32,000 nucleotides of DNA from Crocosphaera subtropica ATCC 51142 (GCF_000017845.1 NC_010546.1:2820001-2852000); one strand, 5' to 3'; shown: positions 1 to 8,819, counted from the stretch's first letter. Notes: generated from the letters alone by a model not told the origin. Made by a program: numbers and translations.

Positions 1-1
1 G

Positions 2-1858
2 GCACAATGTCATATTGGTACAGCGAAAGAGTTGGCTAAGTTAGCCAGTCTTTCCTTACCTGATCCAGATTTAGCTTATTTTGTAGCAGGAACCGATGAA
101 TTTGTTGCGTATTGGCATGACTTACAATGGGCGCAAAACTATGCCCGTTTTAACCGAGATGTTATGATGCAACGGTTTAAACAAATTATTGATAAATATT
201 TAGCAGGAGGGAAACCAAATAAACCCTTATTATCGGTAAATTGTCATCACAATTATGCCGAAAAAGAGTTACATTTTGGTCAAGAAGTATATGTAACCCG
301 TAAGGGTGCAGTGAGAGCAAGAGAAGAAGATTATGGCATTATTCCTGGTTCAATGGGAGCAAAATCTTACATTGTCAAAGGAAAAGGAAACCATGATAGT
401 TATTGTTCCTGTTTTCCTGCAAAAACATTAATTTTAACAGATCAAGGATTGATGAACATTGAAGATGTTTTTAACTCATCAACGGCTGTTAAATTGATTT
501 CCTATGACCAAGAATCTCAAACATTTATCCCTAAGAAAATTATTGATAAAAGTGTCCGAAATGCCTTGGTTAATCAATATTCTCTATCTCAAACGAGAAG
601 ACGTTTAGAAAATACAATTTGTTGTACACCAGATCATCCTTTTGCTACTTACAACCGAGGTGAATTAGTTTATGATTCTATCGAAAGAATTGCTAATAAT
701 CAGAGTGGAGTTATTATTCCAACCCAAATTTCTTTACCTTCAAACTTAAGTTTTGAAGAACAAGATCAGAATTTTTATTATCTGTTGGGACTTATTTTAT
801 CTGATGGAACCATTCATCTCAATAAAAGAGCAAATGCACCAGATACGAATCAACGGCCACGAGAAGGAAAATATCTACAATCTTATATCCATATTTTCCA
901 AGCCAATAAACCAGAAAAAAAAGAGTTTATCAATCATATAGAAACCTTACTAAAAATTTATAGTGACAAGGTTTCTATAAGAATTATTTCCCCAGAAAAG
1001 AGTGATGTACAAGATCAGATAATTGCAGAAAAAGGTTGGATTGAGTTAACAATTAGTGACTTAGATTTTGTTAATAGAGTTAATAAGACTCTCTCCAATT
1101 TATCTAATATTTTGTTAACTAATCCTTGGTTGGCATTACACTTTTTAGCCGGTTATTTAGATGGAGATGGTAGTTATAACCGTTATACTATTTCTATCAG
1201 TGTTGTTAAACGTGAGATATTTTCTCCATTAGTCTGTATTTTTTTGAGTCTGGGAGTTGCTTATAAGGTTTATCGAAATCGTGATCATTATGTTATTGAA
1301 TTTAGAGATAATGTCATCATTAACAAATTGCGTGAAATTTGTAAAAGATTACAGATTCAAGAGCTATCAAAACGCTTTTATTCTGATCGACTCTTATTGG
1401 CAAAAACCATGATAGACGGTGAGTCAAAATGTGAGAATCTAACCACAATGGCTAAACAAGAAAAAATGGTGAGTGTTCATAAGTTTGAGGGACAATTAGA
1501 TAAAACCTTAGCTATGAATCGAGTTTTTGATCTTGAGACGGTTGGGAAAACTAGAGTTTATAATTTTACCGTTGAAGACAATCATAATTATATTGTTTTT
1601 ACCGACTTTTATACCCCCGTCTTAGTCCATAATTGTTCCCACGGTGCTGGCCGTTTAATGTCTCGAACTCAAGCTAAAAAACAATTTACCCTTGATGATT
1701 TAATTAGCCAAACTGAAGGGGTAGAATGTCGTAAAGATCGAGGAGTATTAGATGAAATTCCCGGTGCGTATAAACCCATTGAAACAGTCATCAATCAACA
1801 ATCAGATTTAGTGGAAGTTGTAGCGACTTTAAAACAGGTTTTATGTGTGAAAGGGTAA
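2..1858 (+). CDS. rtcB: RNA ligase RtcB (3'-phosphate/5'-hydroxyl RNA ligase). The 5' end lies outside the window, and the precursor is interrupted by an intein.
   Basis: The frame is open from the window edge (AQCHIGTAKELAKLAS...), so the TTG at 32 is not the real start. Extein motifs IIPGSMGAKSYIVKGKGN..SYCS and CSHGAGRLMSRTQAKK...IPGAYKP match the RtcB family. Removing residues 127-534 of the listed ORF restores a contiguous SYCS-CSHGAGR motif. Confidence 0.9.
   Translation, partial: AQCHIGTAKELAKLASLSLPDPDLAYFVAGTDEFVAYWHDLQWAQNYARFNRDVMMQRFKQIIDKYLAGGKPNKPLLSVNCHHNYAEKELHFGQEVYVTRKGAVRAREEDYGIIPGSMGAKSYIVKGKGNHDSYCSCFPAKTLILTDQGLMNIEDVFNSSTAVKLISYDQESQTFIPKKIIDKSVRNALVNQYSLSQTRRRLENTICCTPDHPFATYNRGELVYDSIERIANNQSGVIIPTQISLPSNLSFEEQDQNFYYLLGLILSDGTIHLNKRANAPDTNQRPREGKYLQSYIHIFQANKPEKKEFINHIETLLKIYSDKVSIRIISPEKSDVQDQIIAEKGWIELTISDLDFVNRVNKTLSNLSNILLTNPWLALHFLAGYLDGDGSYNRYTISISVVKREIFSPLVCIFLSLGVAYKVYRNRDHYVIEFRDNVIINKLREICKRLQIQELSKRFYSDRLLLAKTMIDGESKCENLTTMAKQEKMVSVHKFEGQLDKTLAMNRVFDLETVGKTRVYNFTVEDNHNYIVFTDFYTPVLVHNCSHGAGRLMSRTQAKKQFTLDDLISQTEGVECRKDRGVLDEIPGAYKPIETVINQQSDLVEVVATLKQVLCVKG
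410..1633 (+). mobile_element. Class-1 intein (408 aa) with a LAGLIDADG homing-endonuclease domain, inserted in rtcB
   Basis: Cys1 (TGT at 410; CFPAKTLILTDQG, block A). TPDH (TxxH, block B). Two LAGLIDADG motifs: YYLLGLILSDGT (776-811) and LHFLAGYLDGDGSY (1136-1177), each with an acidic residue. Block F/G: VYNFTVEDNHNYIV...VLVHN, ending at AAT 1631-1633 and followed by the +1 Cys (TGT 1634-1636). Confidence 0.9.
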
Positions 1859-1980
1859 TCATAACCTGAGTTCGGGGTTAGGAGTGAGGAGTTATACTAG
1901 ATCCGTTTTAGATAGTATCGTATCAAGTCTCGAAGCAAGGAGAAGGGAGAAGGGACAAAAAAGTTACTCTACTAAAATAA

Positions 1981-2007
1981 GCGGATTTGGTGTAATACCA
2001 AATCCGC
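1981..2007. repeat. Perfect 11-bp-stem hairpin GCGGATTTGGT-GTAAT-ACCAAATCCGC, with a diverged second copy at 2091-2120
   Basis: The two arms were checked directly as reverse complements. The 5' foot GCGGATTT recurs at 2091 and at 11961, which is the base of a tnpB-upstream hairpin. Confidence 0.7.
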
Positions 2008-2123
2008 AAACAAAAACCTATTTATAGATTTCTTTCTCCCTCCTCTTGCGCTCCCTGCGCCCCTGCTTTTACAAAAGAGGGTTATGGCAAGCGGATTTAG
2101 TATCAACTGATACCAAACTCACG

Positions 2124-3287
2124 TTAACTCAATGCAGAGATAGGATATTGACGCAAGCGATTAGTTTCTACTTCCTCTTCAATCGCTGTTTTATAAGTAT
2201 CAACCACATGATTAGGCATAAAATCGTTCTGATGTGATAAAAAAGACCATTGTTGTCCCACATCAACATAGATTCCAATGGATTGAGTGGGAGGCATAAA
2301 AGCAATAATATCCGCTAAATTTACCACACGATAACTATTAGGAATATGTCGAGAATGAAGTTTAGCAAACGTAGGATCTCCCACACGGGGACTAGCATAG
2401 GTATAAAGTTGAATTTGTGGTTTAAGTTGAGGTACTTGAAGGGCAATATCTAAAGCTGCTAAAGTGGCTAGAGAAGCCCCTAAACTGTGGCCTGTAATGT
2501 AGCAAGGAATAGTGGGATCAAGTTGTTCAGCGATGGTTTTAGGAAGAGGATTGACAATTCTCAAATAATTTTTAATAAATCCTTCGTGAATTCTGCCAAA
2601 ATATTGGTCAGTATTGGGATCAGTATAATCTTTTTGTAACGCTGTAAAATTATTGAGCCATTCCACTCTGGTTTGAGTTCCGCGAAAAACGATAATATTA
2701 TTGTCTGGAGAAGTCAAAACAAACCCTAGATAGACAGGAATTTCTTTTGATAAGGTGACTATTTCTTGTATCGCTTGTCCCACTTGATTTTCAGTGGTAT
2801 TGAGTTGTTCCTGGAGTGGGTCAGTAAAATTACCTGAATTATCATGGGGGAGATTAACAGCAACTTTTTCTGAAACTTGGGCTTCTTTCCCCTTAAAAGA
2901 AGCAATTTGTGTGTAACGATCTAGCTTAGGTTGATAACTGGGAAGGGTTTTAATAGAACCATCATACTCAGGGATAGTTTTTCCAGTCAGATACTGTTGT
3001 GTGGCGATTTTACTACAGTGAATGAGTAATTTTGACAATTCTCGATCATAAGGAATATTTGGGGGAGTTAGATTCAAAGAATCGACAATTTTTTGCCCCT
3101 CGAAAATTTTATCAGCATCTGCTTGAAAGGCAGCTTCGAGAAGACTTTGTTTGTCTTTAGGCATTTGTTGTTGTGCTAATGCTTTTAACTGTTTTTGTTG
3201 TTGCTGAGTTTGATAATCTTTAGCGAGGGTGGCTATCATACCAACTCCCATTCCTCCCAGTAACATTTGTCGACGATTAAACTTCAT
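2124..3287 (-). CDS. Class-3 (Lipase_3 family) lipase/esterase with a twin-arginine-type signal peptide
   Basis: Nucleophile elbow ITGHSLGASLATLAALD. FRGTQT..EWLNN upstream of it is typical of lipase_3. The N-terminus is MKFNRRQMLLGGMGVGMIATLA. I prefer the ATG at 3287 (GAGGAA 8 nt upstream) over the listed start at 3323. Confidence 0.8.
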   Translation of the reverse strand: MKFNRRQMLLGGMGVGMIATLAKDYQTQQQQKQLKALAQQQMPKDKQSLLEAAFQADADKIFEGQKIVDSLNLTPPNIPYDRELSKLLIHCSKIATQQYLTGKTIPEYDGSIKTLPSYQPKLDRYTQIASFKGKEAQVSEKVAVNLPHDNSGNFTDPLQEQLNTTENQVGQAIQEIVTLSKEIPVYLGFVLTSPDNNIIVFRGTQTRVEWLNNFTALQKDYTDPNTDQYFGRIHEGFIKNYLRIVNPLPKTIAEQLDPTIPCYITGHSLGASLATLAALDIALQVPQLKPQIQLYTYASPRVGDPTFAKLHSRHIPNSYRVVNLADIIAFMPPTQSIGIYVDVGQQWSFLSHQNDFMPNHVVDTYKTAIEEEVETNRLRQYPISALS

Positions 3288-3687
3288 GTCCCGATTTCCT
3301 CTTTTTTGATTTTCCATGGCCACTGGCGTAATATTGATTGGTACTTTGACCGACCATCCAAGTCAATGTAAATAAGGCCGACGCTAGTTTAAAACTACTT
3401 ATATAAGGAATAAATAGGCCAATTCCTAATAAGGTTAACCAAGCCATAAAGGCCATGGCAAAAGCCCCAAGCCAACCAAAACAATAACCAATTATGGCTA
3501 ATATATCTTGTCCCCTAGCAAATTTCCATTTCCTGCCAATATCCCAACACATTTTTATGATTAAAATAATTGTTACTAAAAATTTCAAGGACAATAAACT
3601 AGTAATGGGTATCAGTCCTAACAGGGAAGCCCCTAGAGCATAATCTAATACCAGATTACGGCTTTCTTTTGCTTGACGTACATCCAT
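3277..3687 (-). CDS. Small integral membrane protein (3-4 predicted helices), possibly DUF697-like
   Basis: Hydrophobic segments LGASLLGLIPITSLL, FLVTIILIIKM, ILAIIGYCFGWLGAFAMAFMAWLTLLGIGLFIPY and ALFTLTWMV, followed by a basic tail KSKKRKSG. Its stop overlaps the lipase ATG by 11 nt. The family assignment is only a guess. Confidence 0.55.
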   Translation of the reverse strand: MDVRQAKESRNLVLDYALGASLLGLIPITSLLSLKFLVTIILIIKMCWDIGRKWKFARGQDILAIIGYCFGWLGAFAMAFMAWLTLLGIGLFIPYISSFKLASALFTLTWMVGQSTNQYYASGHGKSKKRKSGHEV

Positions 3688-3856
3688 TAATAATTTCCCG
3701 AATTGATTTTTTTCTCTCTAGTTTTACCAGAGCATCCACAGTGATCTTTTTATTATTCTAAGATTTTATGGCCTGATAATCCTCTACTCACCATTTACCT
3801 AGAACTCATTGCTCTAAAATGTTCGGTTACGACTCCTTGATAACTGATTTAATCTC

Positions 3857-4705
3857 ATGGCATATAACATCAAACAAAACTTAGAAAATCACCTTAAACA
3901 AATCGTCCGACCAAGAGATCCTTTTTTGGCAACTCAAGGATACTTTTATGTTAAAGAATATATTAGACAAGAATTACAACAATGGGGAACAGTCGAAAGT
4001 TTTGAGTTTAATTATGATGGAAAAATTCATGAAAATCTCATTTTAAACTTACCGTCTCAGTGCAATACTCAACAAAAAAAGCCTATATTAATCGGCGCAC
4101 ATTATGATACGGTCATCGGTTCTTCGGGTGCAGATGATAATGCTACAGGTATCGCTGTTTTACTAGAATTAGGTAGGTTTTTTTATCATCATCCTGCTCA
4201 ATATCCGATTTGTTTAATTGCCTTTGATTTAGAAGAATATGGGTTACTGGGAAGTTCTGCTTATGCTAACTATTTAAAGCAGCAACAAATAAAGATAAGA
4301 TTGATGATTTCTTTAGAAATGTTAGGTTACTGTAATCATAACCCTAAGAGTCAAAAGTATCCTCCAGGATTAGACTATTTTTACCCATCAACCGGTAATT
4401 TTATTGCACTCATTGGTAACTTATCTACTATCCTCGATTTAAGGAAAATTAGTCGTTCTATCCGTCATACAGAAATCCCTTGTGAGTGGTTATCTGTTCC
4501 TTTTCATGGCAAAATTGTTCCTGATACAAGACGTAGCGATCATGCTCCTTTTTGGGATAATAATTATAATGCCATCATGATCACAGATACAGCTAATTTA
4601 CGCAACCCAAACTATCATCAATCCAGTGATACATTGGAGACTATCGATCTGGATTTCTTGACAGGGGTTTGTCAAGGGTTAGCCAAAACAATAGAAGATT
4701 TTTAA
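3857..4705 (+). CDS. M28-family zinc aminopeptidase
   Basis: Motifs GAHYDTV, GADDNATGIAVLLELGR, FDLEEYGLLGS and SDHAPFW are typical M28 metal-ligand blocks. Confidence 0.8.
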   Translation: MAYNIKQNLENHLKQIVRPRDPFLATQGYFYVKEYIRQELQQWGTVESFEFNYDGKIHENLILNLPSQCNTQQKKPILIGAHYDTVIGSSGADDNATGIAVLLELGRFFYHHPAQYPICLIAFDLEEYGLLGSSAYANYLKQQQIKIRLMISLEMLGYCNHNPKSQKYPPGLDYFYPSTGNFIALIGNLSTILDLRKISRSIRHTEIPCEWLSVPFHGKIVPDTRRSDHAPFWDNNYNAIMITDTANLRNPNYHQSSDTLETIDLDFLTGVCQGLAKTIEDF

Positions 4706-4728
4706 TTGCTAATACTTTACCCGAAAAC

Positions 4729-5634
4729 TTACTCTAAATAACCTAAATACTGAGCAATTTTTTCGATAAGATATAAACTGGCTACTGAATTTCCTTGTGC
4801 ATCTAGAGGAGGACTATAACAAGCGATCGCTCCCTGTTGGGGAACAAGGGATAAAACAGCACCACTGACTCCTGATTTACTGGGAAATCTAGTCTGTTTG
4901 GCCCAGTCATCTGATGCTTCATAAAGTCCACAAGTGGTCATAATATCTCTGACTATCGACGCATTTTTTGACAATGAATTAGGAGCATTAACTAATAATA
5001 AACCTAAACGACCTAAATCAATAATATTCCCAGAAAGACAGCAAATTTTGTTGTAGGTATCTAAGGTCATTTCTGGATCATCAATATATTTTTTTTTGGT
5101 TAATTCATCAATCAGAAATCGATTACGATAATTAGGTAAAGATTGAACCGAATTTAACATTTGTTCATCTAAAAATAAACAGACTTCACTTTGTTTATTC
5201 AACCATTGTTGTAAATTTTGACATTTTTCATCACCATCTTTTCCAGGAAGTAAAGAAGCCAAAGTTAACGCTCCACTATTAATCATAGGATTACGAGGAA
5301 ACCCTTGATCTAATTGTAATTGTTCTAAAGAATTAAAGGGATAAGTAGAAGGTTCATAACCCACTTTTTTAAAGATAAATTTGTCTCCCAATTCTGATAA
5401 TAAGTAAAGTAATAAAAAAGGTTTAATAATACTCATCAAGGGAAACTTTATATGACTATCACCTTGGGTAAGGATATAATTATTTTTAGCAACAATAGAA
5501 ATTGCTAATACACTAGGTTCTGTTTTTTGTAATAAGGGAATATAATTCGGTAACTTGCCTTTTTTGGCCGCTTGAGATGCTTCTGATAACCAATTAGATA
5601 ATTGTTGTGATGAGAGATCAGATAATTGTTTCAT
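4729..5634 (-). CDS. glsA: Glutaminase
   Basis: S-x-x-K block (MSIIKPF), NPMINSGAL and KSGVSGAVLSLVP match the glutaminase (beta-lactamase-like) family. Length is about 300 aa. Confidence 0.8.
   Translation of the reverse strand: MKQLSDLSSQQLSNWLSEASQAAKKGKLPNYIPLLQKTEPSVLAISIVAKNNYILTQGDSHIKFPLMSIIKPFLLLYLLSELGDKFIFKKVGYEPSTYPFNSLEQLQLDQGFPRNPMINSGALTLASLLPGKDGDEKCQNLQQWLNKQSEVCLFLDEQMLNSVQSLPNYRNRFLIDELTKKKYIDDPEMTLDTYNKICCLSGNIIDLGRLGLLLVNAPNSLSKNASIVRDIMTTCGLYEASDDWAKQTRFPSKSGVSGAVLSLVPQQGAIACYSPPLDAQGNSVASLYLIEKIAQYLGYLE
4823..4830. repeat. HIP1 octamer GCGATCGC (one of 7 perfect copies seen)
   Basis: Perfect copies start at 4823, 12705, 17595, 18900, 23544, 24152 and 26162. Near-copies are at about 21817, 24362 and 28280. 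HIP1 enrichment is a cyanobacterial hallmark. Confidence 0.85.
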
Positions 5635-5675
5635 TTCAACGTATTGTTTATAATTTTCCTCTGGTTTTCTTTGAT

Positions 5676-6893
5676 TTATCTACCCACTAATTCAGCAACT
5701 CGAAACGCTGAAGTAATAGCACCCTCATGTAATCCATCTGCTAGATATGCACCTGCATAATAAGTATTATTTTCTCCATTGGTTTTAATAATTTCTGGCA
5801 CATATTTGAGAGATTTCACTGTATAGAAAGGGGTATAATGTTCTTGAATATGGATAATTTTATCTTTGTCAATTAATTCTTCTAAATTAAATGCAAGACT
5901 ATATTTTTCAGAAGAATTAATGCCACAAACCTGGTTCAAATAAGCATTATAACCCCAGGAATTGCTGGTTTGAAAAAAATCAAATTCTGAAAACTTTTTA
6001 ATTCCATAAGGTTCATAAATACTTGTGTCATGATGAGCCATATTTGTTGCTATATTTTTCTTCCAAGGAGAAAATCGTTTCATTTCTTCCTCGCTAGGAT
6101 CAGATAATAAAGCTAATACTTGATCAGGAGGCGTTGCAAATACAACCCGATCAAATGGTTGATGAGTTCCATCATTAAAATAGATACTTACTGAGTTATC
6201 TAATCTCGAAATTTTTAAAATTTCTGTATTAATAAATGTTTTCCCTTTTAACTTATCTAAAATTTTTTCAATGTAAGAATAAACACCTCCTTTAACCCTT
6301 ACCCAATCAACAAAAACATAATTTTTAAGAATTGGTATTCCCAAGGCTGCTGGAAATTGATCAATCAAATGGAAAGGCATAGAATAACTATACATTAATA
6401 GTAATTTTAGCCAACAATTACGAATACATTGACGATCTAAATAATAAGCAATAGAATGATCATAAAATTCTTGTCGGTTACTAAATTTCAGTTTTGCCCA
6501 AAGTCCAGCAGAACGGGCGTATAATGTATCTAATCGTAAATATTCTAGCCATCTTTTTAACCCTTGAAAATTCTTTTTAATCATTCCCCCCGATAAAAAA
6601 TAACGGCCATCTCTCAGAAATAATCCTGAACCTGTATATATCGGTTCTAATTCTACTTCTAATTCCTGCATTAAACTAAGAAAATTATGGAATACGGTGG
6701 GAAATTCTAAAACCCCACAGTCTAGAACTAAATTACAATTAGAGTGATTAGGTTTAACGTTTTTATTTAAAGTAATAATATTGCCCCCTAAATAGGGTTT
6801 CTTTTCAAAAACTGTGACCGAATGTCCTCGTTTTTCTAATAAATAAGCGGTCACCATTCCACTTGCACCACCACCAATAATGGCAAATCTCAT
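5676..6893 (-). CDS. FAD/NAD(P)-binding oxidoreductase (amine-oxidase / phytoene-desaturase superfamily), substrate unknown
   Basis: N-terminal Rossmann motif FAIIGGGASGMVTAYLLEKRGHSVTVFEKKPYLGGN. C-terminal YYAGAYLADGLHEGAITSA is typical of this flavoprotein superfamily. The ATG at 6893 is preceded by GAGGAG about 9 nt upstream, so I prefer it over the listed 6923. Confidence 0.75.
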   Translation of the reverse strand: MRFAIIGGGASGMVTAYLLEKRGHSVTVFEKKPYLGGNIITLNKNVKPNHSNCNLVLDCGVLEFPTVFHNFLSLMQELEVELEPIYTGSGLFLRDGRYFLSGGMIKKNFQGLKRWLEYLRLDTLYARSAGLWAKLKFSNRQEFYDHSIAYYLDRQCIRNCWLKLLLMYSYSMPFHLIDQFPAALGIPILKNYVFVDWVRVKGGVYSYIEKILDKLKGKTFINTEILKISRLDNSVSIYFNDGTHQPFDRVVFATPPDQVLALLSDPSEEEMKRFSPWKKNIATNMAHHDTSIYEPYGIKKFSEFDFFQTSNSWGYNAYLNQVCGINSSEKYSLAFNLEELIDKDKIIHIQEHYTPFYTVKSLKYVPEIIKTNGENNTYYAGAYLADGLHEGAITSAFRVAELVGR

Positions 6894-6937
6894 GATATTA
6901 ATCTCCTCTTTGAACAGTACCAAATAAATAAAACCGA

Positions 6938-8494
6938 TTAACTATTTTGTTTATCTAAACTTTTTGATAAGATTGAATCTCCTGATAATTTTTGATATAA
7001 AGTTGCTCCAGTCCAAAACGTAGGCGCAAAGCCAGGATATCCAGAAGAAGCATTACAAAAATAGAAATTTTTGAGGGAACTTTCAGAATCAAGTCGACCA
7101 ATTGTCATCTGTTTTGGTGTTAAACTAGAACCATAGGAATTACCTACAGGACACCAACAAAATCGCTCATTAGTGGTGGGACTTCCTGTCATTTTTAACA
7201 CCAGATGCTCTCGAAAATTAGGAACATATTTGTCTTCCATAATATCAAGTATGATATCTAAAATTTCTTCTTTTTTTTGATAATAAACCTTCTTATCTGT
7301 TTCTTTAAGTTCTTTGAAATAGTTATAATTTGCCACCGTTAAAAATTCAATAATTTGGCAATCTTCTGGACAGTCTCGTTCCTCATTAGTTAGTAGTGTT
7401 GGGGTAGTAATAGCAAAACTTAATTGAGAAAAATCATTATCTTCATACATTTGTTTAAATGCAGTATTTAAGTCGATTTGTTCGCTATGAAAGGTGTTCC
7501 ATTCTCCGAACCCATAGTCTCTTAAATCGATATCTTTAACCACACAATAAGCAACATAATTAGAGGGAGAATATTCGTAATTTAACTTTTGCCGTACTGA
7601 CCAAGAAAATTTTTCAAATCCGATCATTTTAGCTGCTTTTTTGGGATCGATATTACATATAATTGTCTTACCTGTAAATTCTTTGGTTTCATGGGTATTC
7701 CTATTAATAGCCTTCACGCCAGTCACCGTTCTATTACTAACAATGAAGTCAATGACTTCTTGTTCGTATAAGATTTCACCGTTATTTTCTTTGATAACTC
7801 CTACCAAAGAATCAATGACAAATTCAAAATGTTTATCAGGATAATAAGCCCCTCTTTGATAAGCTGTAAATAGAATTACCCAAGCATAAAAAGAGAGTTT
7901 TTCTGGCGGTAATAAAAAATCGGGCCACTGTAGTGCTAATAACGTTTGTGCTTCTTTGGGTAAGTCAAATTTATCAAAGACATCTTGTAGGGTACTACTA
8001 ACATATTGTACCGTTGTAAAAGCGTCTCCTAAATTCTTTAATATTTCCCCAAAAATTAAAGGTTGAGTCAAATACTTTAACCCTTGACTCACTGTATTAA
8101 CTTCAGAAATAAAACGAGAAATATTATCTTTTTTTTCAGGAAATAACTTAAATAGTCTTTCACTCAGAACTTGGGAATCAGAAGGAATATCTAAGGCATA
8201 ACCCGACATTCTCATGTGATCAAATCCATCAGGATTGTACCGCTTAAAAGTCACTTTTTTATCTAGATCAAGTTGTTGAAGAACACGGTTAACCGTTTCT
8301 CCTTCTCCACAGTCCCAAACATAGTGAAGTTGTGCATTAAAAGTATATTTATTCCCAATGGTAAAACTATGGCCAAACCCTCCCGGATGTTCGTGGGCTT
8401 CTAATATTTGAACCCGTTTTCCTGCTTTGGCCATCAATGAACCAAATACCAATGCAGATAGTCCACTACCTACAATTAAATAATCAATATCCAT
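6938..8494 (-). CDS. NAD(P)/FAD-dependent oxidoreductase, phytoene-desaturase (CrtI/COG1233-like) family, substrate unknown
   Basis: DYLIVGSGLSALVFGSLMAKAGKRVQILEAHEHPGGFGHSF dinucleotide-binding motif and an overall length near 520 aa. I prefer the ATG at 8494 (AAGGAAAAG upstream) over the TTG at 8518. Confidence 0.7.
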   Translation of the reverse strand: MDIDYLIVGSGLSALVFGSLMAKAGKRVQILEAHEHPGGFGHSFTIGNKYTFNAQLHYVWDCGEGETVNRVLQQLDLDKKVTFKRYNPDGFDHMRMSGYALDIPSDSQVLSERLFKLFPEKKDNISRFISEVNTVSQGLKYLTQPLIFGEILKNLGDAFTTVQYVSSTLQDVFDKFDLPKEAQTLLALQWPDFLLPPEKLSFYAWVILFTAYQRGAYYPDKHFEFVIDSLVGVIKENNGEILYEQEVIDFIVSNRTVTGVKAINRNTHETKEFTGKTIICNIDPKKAAKMIGFEKFSWSVRQKLNYEYSPSNYVAYCVVKDIDLRDYGFGEWNTFHSEQIDLNTAFKQMYEDNDFSQLSFAITTPTLLTNEERDCPEDCQIIEFLTVANYNYFKELKETDKKVYYQKKEEILDIILDIMEDKYVPNFREHLVLKMTGSPTTNERFCWCPVGNSYGSSLTPKQMTIGRLDSESSLKNFYFCNASSGYPGFAPTFWTGATLYQKLSGDSILSKSLDKQNS

Positions 8495-8819
8495 CTTTTC
8501 CTTGGAGTTGAACAACAAAAAATGTTCTAAGCCTACTTTTATGGTATCTCAGACTTCTTAAAATCGTTTTTAGGGTAAAAAATTCATTTTGCTCAATAAT
8601 GCGCCCTGACTAGGTTTCTGCTGGTTATGACAATATGTAACAAAAACTGGCTTTCTTCCGTCTTAGAATTAGATAGTTTTTATTACGAACTTGTTACTAT
8701 TGACAGAAATGTTTACCTATCGCTACGAATTTATCAAATAAACTAAAGACGATTCATCTACCTAATGACTGATAAATCTAAGCCTATGTCTTTATAGCAG
8801 TTTTCATTTGCATACTGAT

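Noticed and set aside
753-941. 62-aa plus-strand ORF in an alternative frame inside the intein region
   Set aside because: It is fully nested in the well-supported rtcB/intein frame, and its low-complexity AT-rich translation has no motif.
410-1633. Compositional contrast between the intein and the rtcB exteins as evidence of recent acquisition
   Set aside because: Spot counts were close. The intein gave 20 and 21 G+C per 60 nt at 961-1020 and 1201-1260. The exteins gave 25 and 22 at 121-180 and 1681-1740. The difference is too small and too sparsely sampled to support a claim.
2046-2237. 63-aa plus-strand ORF
   Set aside because: It overlaps the repeat-rich intergenic region and the 3' end of the lipase gene on the opposite strand, and it has no motif.
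7641-7844. 67-aa plus-strand ORF
   Set aside because: It is antisense to and nested in the 518-aa FAD oxidoreductase gene.
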